This document shows positions 36,242 through 51,478 of a DNA stretch of 64,000 bases, piece by piece. The notes under the pieces were generated by a model. The model had not been told where the DNA came from. It made no database searches and saw only the letters and a program-made list of their open reading frames with translations. The translations under genes and the position numbers were made by a program. Source of the stretch: Cycas panzhihuaensis (lineage: Eukaryota > Plantae > Cycadophyta); contig CM041465.1 in the NCBI GenBank assembly GCA_023213395.1, forward strand, positions 223,827,741 through 223,891,740, given 5' to 3'. Numbering within the stretch: the first letter of the stretch is position 1; each line of letters starts with the position of its first letter.

Positions 36242-39200
36242 TTAGGGGTCTTTAAAAATTATAGAGATCTGTTATTCTAGCTAAGTGCATTATGGTTTTT
36301 CCATATTTTGCATGAAGGACTAGAGATAACCCTCCTAAACAAAGCCTTAGGTAGAACCTAGCTATAAATTTATGCCTCCTTATACCTTAGGGTATATGGG
36401 AGGACCCTTATAGGTCCTAAATCCTTCATAGCATAGGTAAACTACTGGTCATTAAAGTCCTATAGTACAATAGTTAATAATTAGTACCACAAAGTTGCTT
36501 ACCTTAAACTTCTTCATCGAAAGTTTATTGGTAGGCCTACAAGACCAAGCACACCTTATCTAGTGGTTGGTAGGACACATTCAATCACTTATACCCTACT
36601 TCACTTACTCCATTTCCTATTTAAGATCTCAAGCCATATCATATAAGAAAAAAAAAAACCAATATTTATATACTTCCTAAATTTAGAACCTATCAACATA
36701 GTCAAACTTGCCATCAAAGAGAGAGAGAGAGAGAGAAGAAAAAGAAGGAAAAAAATTAGAGAAAAAAGGAAAGAAAGAAAGAGGAAAAAAAAAACTACAC
36801 TTAATCATACTTTATGGTACAAGTTCATAGATAAAAACTACCCTTACAACTCATATACCTTATTTTGATCAACATGTTATATTGGTCATTTTGCACTAGG
36901 TCAGTTTATATAAACAAATTTTAAACTTTTTAATAGTTGGTCACTAGTACACCCTGCCACCTCAAACTCACCTTAAATCTTATATACCCCATTTAGATGA
37001 GCTTTTCACACTCCTTCTAGTAGGCTAGATATCTTGTTTATGTATTTTGGGGTCAATAGATTATAAATACCCCACACCCTCCTATTTGCCCCCTTCTCTC
37101 CCTTGTAACAACTCCCTCATTCTTATATCCTATTCTTTCTCAATCTATCCTACTTCATCTATTTCCCTTCTTTCTACTCATTCCTACTTCTTTAAGCCCC
37201 TTCTATGACTCTAATGGCAAAACTACAAGTAGAGAAAATTGTGGACTTAAGCAATAACTTGAATGCCCTCAAATAAGAGGTTAATAGTAGATTCAATGGC
37301 ATACCTACAAAATCAGATCTTGATGGTACCAAAGTAGAGATTTTTGTATAAATCTAATAGTTGTTGAAACCTCAACTCCAAAGCATAGGAACTTCCAACA
37401 CGACAAGTAACTCCCCTCTCCCTTTTCAAAGAAGTAATGCACCTACAAGAGGTTATCCACTAAGGCAACCTCTTTTTCATCATAAAATCAATATTCCTAC
37501 ATTTGATCTAGATGTGAATAAAGAGTGTACTTGAAGCTAGATTAACAAGTTAGAATCCTACTTCACACTCCACCCAATGTTAAAGGAAGATCAACTCTTA
37601 TACACCTCCATCCACCTAGATAGATGAGCCCACCATTGGTTCAACTAGTGGAAAAAAGAATATCACTCCCACCTAATATGGTCCCACTTCACTGTCTATT
37701 TTTTTGAACAATACAAGGCCATATGGAGTCAATATTTCTTCACATAACTTACTTAGGTTAAAGAGACTACAATGATAAAGGCCTATACTAATGAATTCTA
37801 AGCTTTATATAATTACTTACCATAAAGCCAAAACTTAAATAAACAAATAGTGATCGATATTTATATGGCTAGACTCCAAGATTGTATTTAGACAAGACTA
37901 AAGACAGTGGTAATCTACTTCCTCAGGAAAGCATTCAAGTGGGCTAAAGTAATAAAAGCTAAATTTGTAGCAGATAGACTCTTAACTACTTATTGGGATA
38001 ATCATTGGTTCCCATACACTTGACAGTTAGACTTACAGTAATTGTAACCTTGATTTGATAATGTCATCCATCCCCAATCTAACTTTGTATGTCCTAGACT
38101 ACAATAGGATGATCCCACCTACCTAATTATGGATCAACAAAATAATGACTCATCTACCAAAAGAGTTTAAATTTCCTAAGTTGAAGCACAATGCCAACTA
38201 GAGACTGGCCTTTGTATGCAATGTGCATAAAAGTAGACTTCCAAGCATGGTCATTTCTATAAGGTATAATGCATGGTTTTTTTCCATTAACCCATCCCCA
38301 TCCCCTACTGAATCCTTTGATTTTGACTCTAAACATGAGGTTGAAGATGAAACCCATGATGATCCTACCTTAACTCTCATCTTGAAGTATCCCCATATAC
38401 TTTTACCACCTCCTCTTGTTATGAACCATTATGCATTAGAGGCATTCTTTGTAAGACTCCAATGTTTATCCTTATTGATGGTGGTGCGTCACTCAATTTC
38501 CTTGATATCTCTATAGCTTAATAACTTAACCTATATATAATACTAAAAATTAGCTTCACCTATTTTTTGTTAAAGTATTAAAAGATCCATTGTGATGGTG
38601 TTATTAAAAACCTCCAAGTCCAAATTAGCTCCTATATTTTAGTGTCAGATTTTAATGCCTTATCAATAGGAGGGTCAAATGTTATCTTGGGGATTTAGTG
38701 GTTGTAAATCCTAAGAACTTATAGTATAAATAGCTTGCCTAGTTTTTAAAGATCAAATGGATCAAAATCATAAAATTTATAGGATTCAATTCCCCTAGTG
38801 GTCTCTCTAAGAGGCATGAAACATCATCTTTAGTCTCACATAGGATACATAGTTCACCTTAATAATATTCAAATCAAATAACAAATTCACCTATGCATTT
38901 AGGACATCATTACTTAATACAAGTAGGTATTTGCCCCTTTGCCCACTATTACTCCACTTGATCATGGTTTCTATTACATAATTAACCTCCAATATAATCA
39001 TGACCCTATTAGCCTAAAATACCACCATAACTTATACTTTTAAAAGAATGAAATTAAGAAACTCACAATTGAGCTCATAGACATGAGTGTAATCCAACCA
39101 AGTAAAAGCCCTTATGTAGCTCCAATCATCTTAGTTAGGAAGAAATATGGTTTTTTCTACCTTTATGTTGATTATAGGGAACTAAATAAAATTATCATAA

Positions 39201-42200
39201 AAAATAGGTTTCTCACCCCTCACATAGATGACATGCTAGATGAAATCCATAGCATGACTAATTTTTCTAAGCTAGACCTTCAATCTAGTTACTAGGAGAT
39301 CCTAATTGTCTTAGAAGATTACTATAAGATGGAATTTTGAATATATAATGGCCATTTTGAGTTTTGTATAATACCCATTAGCCTTTGTAACATCCTAACA
39401 AAATTTTAAGCTCTCATAAATAAAATTTTTGGCCCCTATCTCTGAAAATTCATCATAGTCTTTTTTGATGATATCCTTATTTATAATGTTTGTCTAGACC
39501 ACCACATCCAACACCTAGAAATTATTCTTTAAACATTATAAAACCACTAACTCTATATAAAATTATCTAAGTATGAGTTTGGGTAATCCAAACTCAAATA
39601 CTTAGGATATATTATATCATCGAAAGGGGTATATATAGACCTCAATAAAATATCTGTCATCATGACTTGGCCAATACCCACCACCCTTACCTAACTATAT
39701 GTATACCTTAGCCTCATAGGATTCTACTGATGTCTTGTATGTAACTATACTACCCTCACCACCCCCTTAACTAATCTCCTTTGTAAAAATGCTTTCTAAT
39801 GGTCTCTAGAAAATGACGCTACTTTTTCTCATCTCAAGGTTGTAATGACCTCTACTCCAGTCCTCATCACCCTTGATTTCAACCAACCTTTCCAACTTGA
39901 ATGTGATACCTTAGGATTCGACTTGGATGTAGTACTGATACAAGACTCTCATCCCATTATATTCAAAAGCCAAAAATTTAAAGATCATAAGCTTAATCTC
40001 TCCACATACTTGAAGGAGATGAAAATTATTCTTCACGCTATTGATAAATGGTAGTAATACCACTTACACTCTAAATTTACTATTCTTAAAGATTATCATA
40101 GCCTCCATAATCTATTCGATCAGCCAGTCTCATCTAAGGAATAGGCTAAGTAGGTTCACCATCTATAAGTTTTTGACTTCCTAATATCATATAAAAAAGG
40201 CAAAGACAATACAATTACAAACACCTTTTTACATTTCTACTCTAATGATAGTACTTCCAACTTGAGCCTCCATGCCATGAGCAATCCCTAACCCCTTTGG
40301 CTTGATGAGTTATGGGTTGAAAACTAGGCCTAGCCTAATTACCCTAACTAGAGTAAAAACGTTTACACCCACAAAGGTTGGTCTACCTTTAACAATCATC
40401 TACTCTATTGAAATCACATCTTTGTCCACCCATCCTTCTTATTTATACCTAGAATCCTGATAGAATACCACTCTTCTCTCCTTAGTGACTACTCAAGGTT
40501 TGATAAAGCTTATTGACATATCTGCATGAATTTTCTTTGGCTCCATATGAAGACTACTATATTCACCTTTATATTAGAATGCAACATGTGTCAGTGAAAC
40601 AAAGTCAATATTAAAGCCCTTCCTAAACTTCTCCAACCATTAAACATCCCATAAGGTAAGTGGTTGGATACTACCATGGACTTTATCATGAGCTTAACTC
40701 CATCTACTAGGTTTGACTCTATTTGGATAATCATTGATTAATTAACTAAGTACTCATACTTTCTCCCTATTCACACCTTATATATGTTCTCTCATCTTGT
40801 GAACTTATACATCCAATTTATATTTTGACTTTATACTTTCCCTTCATCTATTATTTATGACTGAGACCTTAAGTTTACTAACTCCTTTTAGTGAGAACTC
40901 TTTAAGGTTATCGAAACCTTATTTAATATGAGTTCTACCTACCACCCATAAATAGATGGCTAATCTGAGGTTCTGAACAAAACCTTAAAAACCTATCTAT
41001 ATTACTATGTCTTAAAACACCAAGTTAAGTGGATCTCTTGGCTCTCCTTGATAAAGTATTGGTATAACTCCACTCACCATTCTACTATTGGTATATCCCC
41101 CTTTTTGGCCCTTTATGGTTACCACCTACCTTTCCACCATACCTTAGCCATAAACTTTTGAATGGATTCTGTACAATAAAATCTTCAAGAGATAGACTAA
41201 ATCCTCTATACCCTTCAGTAGAATCTAGTTGCTACCCAAAATTGAATGAAGCAACTTATTAACCACCACTGATTTAATGAGTCCTTTGATATTTAAGATT
41301 TAGTATTCCTCTACCTCTAAACTTATAAGCAATAGTCTCTTAAGTCATAACAAGGGCATAAATTAAGCCCCCATTACTATGACCCTTATAAAGTCCTCCA
41401 TAAAATTGGTGAAGTTGCTTATACCCTTGAATCCCCCCCTCCCCCAAACACCAATATCTATATTATTTTCCATGCCTTTTGCCTTTTAAAATACCTTAGA
41501 GCTAAAGTTACATTCCACACCACCTTACCCATTCTCTCTGGGGAGTAAACTCTTACAATCCTACTTACTAAAATCCTTACTAGCTGCTAACATTGCCTTT
41601 GAAATTATAGTATTTCTAAGCATTTAGTATAATAGGTTAGTTATGATGCTCATGAAGTAACTTAGAAATTTGATGATTTTGTCTAGCAATATCCTCATCT
41701 CTAACATTTTGAGGACTTGACATCTCAAAGGTGGGGATTTGTAATGTAACCCTACCTTTCCTAAGCATTAGCAAATAAGAGCCACCAAAGGGTTAAGGAT
41801 TGATTTTTGTTATTAAGATTTATGTATGAGCTACTAAGCCTTCTAATAAGATGTAAGGCCACTAGGGCCATCAATAGAATCACAAGGAAGAAGACCCCTA
41901 CATGTCTATTTAAAGGTTCAAATATCGCTTGTAATGGTTATTGAGTATTATTATATTTAAAGAGAAAATACTTTGGTACTCCTTTTAATGTTCAATTTAT
42001 TTATAGTTTGTTCATAAACTTGTGTTATTTTGGCTTTTATTTCTGTTGGTTTATATTTGCAAGTTTGATCTTCTAAGAGAAAATGCTCTAGAAACTAACC
42101 TTATTAGACCAAACTATTATATTTATATAGTTGATCAATATTAAATACCATCAATAGACATGTAGTAGGTAATGTGTATATTAATAACTAATGATCATGC

Positions 42201-43097
42201 TTTATAGTATTTTATAGTGTTAAAAATGTAAAACCATAAGAAGTCCCTTTGGAAGGCCCTAATTATTAGAAACAATAATTATCTAAGATTAAGGGTGAGT
42301 CACATCTAAAATTTATAATATAAATAAAATGGTTACCATACCATCTGTTATTGATGGATATAAAATTAAAAAAATCATGGATGATGACTTATCTTCCTTT
42401 ATAACTATAAGTCATTTTTTATAGAAAATTTATACTTAGAATTTGCATGCCATACTAAGATGGAAAAGTTGATAGCATAATAAAGAGAGCATTTCAAGTT
42501 GGACAAACAAGGTCAACTTAATTTGGATGCGGATACAAGCTCTTTGAATTGCATACTACACTAGTTAAAAGATGTGTACTAAGCTATTAGTAAAAAATCC
42601 TATCACTGGCTAGAATTAATCTTAGATTAAGAAATAAAAAAAGTTTAGTAGGATTTTATCTCTAATAATAGATGGAGCGATGTTGTAACTATTGATGATG
42701 AATATTGGAAGATGTGGCCTAAAGTGATAATAAATAATTTTCCATTTTTTATTGAGGATGATGAGGTGGTAATAGGTGACTAACAACCTACAATAATAGA
42801 TGCAATTAATGTTATAAGAAATAATATAGAAGATGTTGCTAGTGTAATATATATTATAATAAAGATTGTTACTAATGATATTTTGGTGATAATGGCTATA
42901 ATACGCCTCATAATGCTATTTAGAAAGAAAATCATTTCACCAAAGATGTCAACAACTATAAAACTAAATGATAAATCACAAAGAATAGAGAAAAAAATAG
43001 AGCCACAAAAGACACTAATTTAGGAAATAATTGGAAACATATGATCTTTTAAATCATCACAAGGTATGTAAGGAAAAACTAGAACCAACCTCTATTA

Positions 43098-43100
<3 letters not shown>

Positions 43101-43137
<37 letters not shown>
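43101..43137. repeat. (TAA)n microsatellite, about 12 units
   Basis: Read directly from the sequence. Confidence 0.95.
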
Positions 43138-43140
<3 letters not shown>

Positions 43141-46100
43141 GATCTCAAATTACATATTTCGAAACAACGGAGAAAGATATTGCCAAATTTTGAAGAAATA
43201 TAATTGGAAAAAATTATGACATAACATTTGCATAAATGCATGCATATATGGACTAGGAATAAAATAAATAAAGAAAACTCATCATATTTGTTTCATTTAT
43301 CCTTGGATAGAATTGATTGGGTTTGGTTAAAATCTTATAGATTAATAATGGAAGAATGGAAACAAATATATAATATATTTAAGGTAGGATGTACCATTGA
43401 AAATAAACTAGGATTGATAATTTTTAATAATAATCCATCCTAACACTCATTAATTTGTAGTTAAAATTTTCATCAACATAGTATTCCTAAGATAGAATTG
43501 ACACTTCATATAACAAGAACTTTTCTAGGTCAAGTGAGGACATGGTTCCACCTATTTGAAGAGAAGTGTCGAGTAACATATGAGCAATTGTAAATTAAAT
43601 TATGGAGAAGTTTTAGGATAAATAGAGATTTAAAAATTTTATAAAACCTAAAAATATATAATTATTTTAATTTACAACTAGGAGAAAGGCTAGAAAATAC
43701 GTAGTGGCCTAAATTAACATTATTATCTGATTGCAAGGATGGTGAAGAAATTCATAAATTTCTACAAAAATATATTAAGCTAAAATATGTAGCATTTTGT
43801 ATAGATAAAACTCTAACATATGAAATAGATAATAAAGGTAAGTTGATACAATATAAAAAGTTGAAGACTTTGAGAATTAATATTGGAATAGATGAATATC
43901 TTAGATGTATTACTATGGGGACATTACTAAAGTAGCATAAGAAAAAACCCTATTTGTAAAGTGTAAAGATGTTTTTATATGGTCTTACCAAGAACTAAAG
44001 GGAATTCCTTCCAGATTAGGGGGAACATCATATTAAGTTAATAGAAGGTGCATAGTTAGTAAGGTAAAGGACCTATTATGTAAGCCCTAAATATAAACAT
44101 CAATTTAAAGAAGAATTGGATAAGATGCTTAATATAGGGTATATCTTTAAGGTAGAGGATAATTAATGGGTAAGTCTATTAGTGGTAGACCCCAAGAAGA
44201 ATAGGGAAATATAAGTATATATATATTATCATACCCTAAATTAAGTTATAGAAAAGAATCCATTTCAATTCTTATTACATAAGATATGTTATAGACAATT
44301 TAAGAACGTGAGGTCTTTTTCTTCATAGATGGATTTAATAGGTATAATTAGATCCACATTGTACTGTAAGATCCATGAAAGACCACATTCATGATAAGAT
44401 TGGGAATTTATACTTATTATATTATGCCCTTTATTTTAATGAATACACCTACAACATTTTAAAGGGTGATTATGAATATCTTTAAAGACATGATTGGTAA
44501 AATAGTGGAAGCATTATTAGATTATTGGACTTTGCATAGTTTATTGAAAATTATCTAAAGAATATTACTCTTATATTGGAAACATGTTGAAAAAGTGGCT
44601 TGTATTTAAATATTAAAAAATGCATATTTTCAATACCCTTTAGAAACCTTTGAGTATATTATATAGCTAAATGACTATTAATTAATCTTATAAAGATTTC
44701 CCTAATATTGACCTTTCTAGAGTCAATGAGTACTAAATATATTAAGGGATTTTTAAGCTTAATTAGCTATTATTAGAATTTCATAATAAAATATATAGAT
44801 GGTAGGTGCATTAGAATCACTTTTGTAAAAATAGAAATAATGGAATTAGGGAAAACCATGATAACTAACATTTGATCTATTGAAAAAAAAGGTAGCATAG
44901 GCTCCTATACTAAGATTTCCAAACTGGACTAAACCATTCCATATTCATGTAAATACATATTTGTATGTAATAGGTTGCATCTTAGCCTAACCTAGGGAGT
45001 GGAATCTAAATCATTTGATCTATTTTTCTAGTTAAAAATCAATAAAGGCTAAGCATAATTATTTAATAATAAATCAAGAAGGATTAGATATGTCCTATAC
45101 CATACAAAAGTACCAACATTATTTCCTCATCATTCTTTTCATGTTTTATATGGATCATGAAGACTTAAAATATCTTATTAGTAATCTAATTTTGTAGGGG
45201 ATAATAAACTATCATTTAATATCATTCTAAGATATTTCCTTTAAGATGTTCATCATGAAAGATATCAGTCATACAATCCTAGACCAATTAACATAAATAG
45301 AAGAGGAATCAATGGGAGTAGCCAAGGCTTTTTTAAATACTTAATTATTCTAAGTGACCATAATACCAACATGGTACATAGAAATTATGAAATATCTAAT
45401 AATAAGATAGATTCCCCTACACTAGAAAAGAGTGAGAGAGAAAATCTAACACGGAAAGAACTACCATATCAATTGATTATAAGTTCCTAGTATAAAATAA
45501 GGCATAATGAAATTTTATATTAATGTGTTATGGAACATGGATTATACTTAATCCTATAATAAGAACATAAAGGATCTTCTAGTATCCATGTACCAATGGA
45601 TAAAATAACATAAGAAAATCATCTAAGAGGCTTACGATGGACCACATTATTTGCAAACATAAATAACTGGGCAAACAAATTTAATACATATTAAGGAATA
45701 GGGAGGATAACATGGAGAAAATTTCTCCCTCTAAACTAATTTTGGTTTAGGCTTCATTTAAAAACTTAGATCTTGATTTTATAGGGACTATTAACCCTAT
45801 AATACCCTAAACTAAAGCATAGTATATATTGGTTGTAACTGATAAATGGATAGAATCTTGTCCATTAAGGAATTATGATGTATGTAGTACATTTTATTTT
45901 TTATATGAAATGATGATTATAAAATTTGGCTACCTAATATAATTTTTTTTTTTTACTAAGGATCTAGATTCCTTAATAAAGTAATTCAACATTTAATAAT
46001 AGAATTTATGATTATTTACAAGAATTCCTCTTTGTATTATCCATGATAAAATGGTCATGTAAAAGTATGGATATAATTTTGAAGATAGTGTTAATAAAGA

Positions 46101-46631
46101 TTTTAAAATCTAGAAGAATGGTCTTAGAAAAAATTATTTATTTAATTTTATAGGTAAATCAAACTATAAAGAAAAGAGAACATAGTGAAATGCCATTCCA
46201 AATGGTGTTTGGATTAAAAGAAGTCATGTCCTTTACATTCTAAATTCCCTCCTTAAGAATCATGGTAGAAGCACACATGATGGAAGATGATTCCTCTCAT
46301 GAATGATTATATTGATTATTGAAATTAGATGAAGAATATATTTTAGCTCACTAGGATTTGGAAGTAGAAAATTAACATAAGAAGTAATGGTATGAATCCT
46401 CATATTGAATCCCACCTTCTAGAATAATGATCTAGTATTTTTATATGATAATAAATTGGATAATCATATAGGCAAAATAAAAATAAGATGGCATGGTCCT
46501 TATAGGATTCATAAAATTTGGGGTAATGTCACAATAAAATTAGAGAAATTAGATGAAAACTTAATACCTAGATGGATTCATGGTAGTAAACTAAAAGGAA
46601 TATAATTATAAAAGAAGAAGAAGAAGAAGAA

Positions 46632-48349
46632 TGATATGGTTCCTCCTCATATTTCTTTACACTTGAATAGAAAATATAAAACAAAACATAGAAAAGAGTA
46701 TAAATGAACACTAAAATAAATACCAAAAGATCACACCAAAGGAAAATAGTAATTTCATATTCCAAACTAATCTTATTTTACATCCATAGGGCCTTAAATA
46801 AGCAAATTGGCCATTTAATAAATGAATCTCATTAGAGAGGCATTCAACCTTTGTTTCCATTAGTGGCCTTAAGTAGCTTGCATACATAGTTTAATGGTTA
46901 ATATTAACATCTACTTCTTACTAATAAGGAGTACATTCATAAGAGTTCTATCAACCACTAGTGGCTAGGCCATGGATTTCATTATAGGTTTTCCATCATC
47001 TATTAGAAATGACTTTGTTTGGGTAGTCATCAATCAACTAATAAAATATGCATACTTTCTACCAGTCCACATATCTTACTAAGCCCCCACCTAGCTAACC
47101 TATACATCTAATTTATTTTCTTCATTTACTAATTTCCTTCCATTATAGTTTAGATTAGGACCCTAGATTCAGATCATCTTTTTGGAAATAACTCTTTTGT
47201 ATAATTGGAATCTCTTTTAACATGAGTTCCTCTTATCATCCCTAGACAAATGGTTAATATAAGGTCCTTAATAAAAATTTAAAGATATATCTCTATTATT
47301 TTTCCTTAGAATTCCAAAATCAATGGACCTCCTAGTTAGCTCTATTAGAATACTAGTATAACTCATCATACCATTCTATAATTGGCATGCCCCTCCTTGA
47401 TGGCCTTATATAGTTATTCCCCACCTTCCCAACACACATTAGCCACTAACCTATGAATAACCTCAATACAATAGAAATTGTAAGACATGGACAAAATCCT
47501 AAATACCCTTAAACAAAATTTAGAAATGGCTTAAATTATATAAAGTAACTATCACCACTCTAATCGATCATTTTCTATTGGTGATATGGTCTTCGTTCAC
47601 CTCTGACCCTATAAACAGTAGTCACTATGCCATAAAAAAGACCATAAACTTAATTCTTGATGCTATGGTCCCTATAAGGTCATTGAACACATTGGTGAAG
47701 TTGCTTATGCCCTTGACCTCTATTTTGATACTAAGATCCATAATGTCTTCCATATGTCATGCCTCAAAAAACTCCTTAGAAAGCTTATTGCCCCACAAAC
47801 CACTCTCATAATCCTCACTAAAGAGTAACTCTTAACTATTCCCCAAACTATATTTTGGAAACTAGACACTACCATCTCTAGAATAGGACCATTTCTGAAC
47901 ATATGGTATAATGGATTAGTAGCAGACCAAAGGAAGTGACAAGGGAGCTAGATGAATTCGTCAAGTAGTATCAACATATATTACGCTATGCAGACTCAAC
48001 ATCTCAAGGGAGAGGACTTGTTACATAACTACTATTAGTTGGTGAAACTCTTGTGAATGTACTCTTTATTAATAAGAAGTAGATGCTAATATTGACCATT
48101 AAAATGTGTGTGTGGGTTGCTTAGCCCACTAATAGAAATAAAGGCTGAATGCATCTCTAATAAGATTAATTTATTAAATGGACAAATTTCCTATTTAAGT
48201 CCCTATAGATATAAAAGAAGATTAGTCTAGAATGTGAAATTATTGTTGCCTTTTGGTGCGATCTTTTGGCATTTATTTATACTCTTTTTATGTGTTCTAT
48301 TTTTTAATTTCCATATAGGTGCAAAGAAATACTAAGAGGAACCATATCA
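46632..48349 (+). mobile_element. Truncated chromovirus (integrase-chromodomain-PPT-LTR) bounded by inverted LTRs
   Basis: 46632-~46969 is the reverse complement of the LTR at 48019-48349. PPT at 48006-48016, integrase MDFIIGFP from ~46972, flanked by AAGAA on both sides. Confidence 0.85.
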
Positions 48350-48354
48350 AAGAA

Positions 48355-50750
48355 GAAACTTTCATAAATCAACTTTATTAGTCTAATAAGGAATACAAGA
48401 TATTGATAGTTTAAAGAACACTAAGAGTAAATATCATATTAATAAAAAAATAATTAGAATTCATATTAGTCAATGGCATGCTATTTAATCATATTAGCAT
48501 TGATAACATATATATGATATTAGATTAAAATCATGGGAAGTTATTACCATCTTTAATGATACATTAATATAGTTGTTATGGGTAATATAAAGAATAGATC
48601 TAAAAGATTTTTTATATGACAATTGAATGAATGATGATGATATTCACCACATAATTATAATAGTTATTCAATTAGCACCACCATGGCAATATGAGAATGC
48701 AATAAATAATTACAATATTACAACATATTTTTTAATGTATTGTAATCAATATTGTAGATAAGGGGAGCATAATGAAGGATTAATTTGGGTATGATGGAGG
48801 AAGAAGAAGTTCTTATCTACGAATGGGATATCAATTTGTAAGAACTAGATTATTCTTATTTATAAGAGAAATTGTATATAATGTCTTTAAATGATAAAAG
48901 AAAATTTGCACTAGTTGAAGCAAAGATCACAATTTTCTTAGAAATAAGGCCATCGAAGTTAGATCAAAAGTTCCTATTGATATTAAGTAGTATAGTGGCC
49001 AAAAAGTGACAATGCTATCTTATTCACCAAAGAACATTACTCATTTCATAAGGTTACCAATTCATGAAATTAAAGCTCCAAAGGACTTTAAGGGGAATTA
49101 TAATAAAATAATGAGAATTTTGGGAGTGACTTCAACTTATGTTTCATTAACAAGATTTCCTATTATAAGAATCAAAAATGAAGAGCTATGATGGGTGATA
49201 AGGGTTCTTATAGTTCATTTTTTTAGGTTACAAAAAATTCATTATATACTTACAAATTTAAGCATGATAGTATAGAGGGTTATGGCTAATAAATGTTTTA
49301 ATTGGAGTAAGTTCTTGTCTAAGGAAATTTAGTAGACTTTGGAGAATAGTAAGGATTCTATTGTGATGCAATGAGGCTAGAAACATCATAGACATTTTTA
49401 GTCTATGATGTTTCTAGGCTTATTACATCAATAGTACATACCTCATAAGGTTATATTTGGATGGCATGATATAGAGTTTCAAGGTTTAGTAGATAAATTT
49501 AAGGTAGAAACCATAATTATTCAATGATTGTAGAAACTTTAAAAGTGTAGGACTCTATGATAACTTTATTATTTACACTATGGAGGGTACCCTAGAACTA
49601 AAAGAAGGCATATTATACATAGCAGAAGGAAAGGATAAAGAGAAATAAGCCTATTCATGATGAAAATATATGAATGTCATTAACATAGGAGGTTTTAATG
49701 AGGATGGGTATATAACACCTACACCTAAAGTGGAAGCTAGCTAAGTAAACACTTAGTTCTATGAATAGGAGTAAGAGCTAAAGGAAAATAACCTACTGAA
49801 GTCATTATTTAAATTGATGACTATGAAGATATTGTCATAGTATGATGGCCTAAATGATAAATAATATAGAGGGAGAATTAAGATGCCTAACATCTTGTAT
49901 GTCTTATGTTGTGGTCAAATTTGTAGCTTAAGTAGAAAATGAGGATGATTTACCATTAGGTGAATGAATTATTAAGGAAGGATTAACTTTGATAAATTAT
50001 GATATTTCTAACATTACTTAATGGAATTCTTTTTTCTTGACAAAAATGATTAGGGCTATTACTCACAAACTTAAGTCACAATCTTGACCTACTCTAGTTA
50101 TACAATTAATAATAATTTTAAAATTAGAATCCAATTTAGGTTAAGGAAAGAAGAATCCTAAATTTCTTAAGGAATTCATAAAAAGATGGCTTGATGATGT
50201 CATAGAATCATAAAATAGATATAGTACTTTTGACAAAATTATTAGTTGTAGATTCTTAAGAGATTGCATGATATAGCCTATAAGATTGAAGCATAGATAT
50301 TAGGCAATAATTAATATACTAATAAATTCTATCACCTTAATATAGAATTTGGTATGTTAAAGAAGAAAAACACTATGATAGATGCCAAGATATTTCATTT
50401 GGAATAAAAAGGCTAAGTTACAAAAGTTAGAACATGAGAAATTTAATTAAAGGAAGCAAGTATCCAATAATAGCAACTTGATAACTTAAAGAAAAAAAAT
50501 TCTTTAGTTAGTCAATATATTAAAAAACCATGGGATTATGCTATCTCTAAAATATCAAAGGCATGATAAAGTATAGATTGTACACAATAGATCAATTATC
50601 TACTACTTAAAAGTTGATGATTTCACTAAGTAGCTATCCAAACATTAAAAGATTTAACAACAATGTTAATAAAGTAATTAGAGAAATAGAGAAAGCTAAG
50701 AGAAAATAATAATAATGTCTCTTAGAGAACTTTGTCTTTAATCAAATGTT
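48355..50750 (+). pseudogene. Decayed extra ORF region 3' of the Athila/Tat-like pol
   Basis: Coding-like traces (e.g. NKCFNWSKFLSKEI at ~49288-49330, ORF 49006-49191) downstream of the integrase, and a PPT-like segment near 51165. Confidence 0.35.
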
Positions 50751-51478
50751 TGAATGATTATTTACAAGATTACTAATACATTTAAATATAAAATGCTTAT
50801 GATTATTTGCATTTCCTACCTTTATAAGCCTATAATTATTTAAAATATTATCATTATAATACCATGTATTAATTACGACTAATATAATATCTTTTATATG
50901 TTAATAATAGGTAATCTCAATGGGTTATAAGGCTTGCAATAGGTTCTCTATATTTTGAAATGCTTTGACCTCAAACCATAGGAAGATCAAGAAATTATTA
51001 GAGGATGCAATTAGATTCTCATATGGAATCATCCTTTCACAAATGTTTCGATTTAATTAAGTACTTTGTGATGGCCTTATTATACAATTATCTAGTAAAA
51101 ATACCTAGATTTCTTTTAGGGTCAAGGATCAATTAGCATTTGTTGTTGAAGACTAAAAGTTTAGTTTGAGGAGCAACATATAATCTAAGCTTAAACTTTA
51201 AGTTGGAAACATAAAATACATTATGGATTTCGGCACTAGGTATGTCTAGGCCATATGCAATAAAGCCAATAAATTTTAATACTTTGTATAGGCCATAAAA
51301 TCTTGGGGAAAGTCTTTATTTATTAGATCATTTTAACAAATATTGCTTACAAGGTTATAATTTGATAAAAACCTAATCACCTTAAGAAAAATAACATTAA
51401 AATCAGTTCTTATAATAAGCATGGTTATATCTCACCCATTTTACATAAAAGATATCCATTTTATATGAAGTACTTTAT

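Larger units (their letters stand above)
29369..42090 (+). mobile_element. Ty3/Gypsy chromovirus, decayed, full length
   Basis: LTRs at 29369-29719 and 41740-42090, TSD gaaat/gaaac, PBS tggtattagagc at 29722-29733, PPT at ~41728-41739. gag ~37210-38300, RT (SPYVAPIILVRKK, FFDDILIY) ~39000-39800, RNase H, integrase (MDFIMSL) and chromodomain to ~41705. Confidence 0.92.
28700..46605 (+). mobile_element. Old non-chromovirus Ty3/Gypsy (Athila/Tat-like) gag-pol remnant hosting later insertions; termini unresolved
   Basis: gag/protease traces at ~28700-29368 continue at ~42096-42600. RT FKEELDKML..GYIF..WVSLLVVDPKKN, FIDGFNRYN*IHI, MPF at ~43990-44900, RNase H to ~45300, integrase with WHGPYRI and WIHGSKLKEY at ~45420-46605. 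Confidence 0.75.

Noticed and set aside
42947-43445. Possible solo LTR containing the TAA microsatellite
   Set aside because: TG...CA ends can be chosen but no TSD was found.
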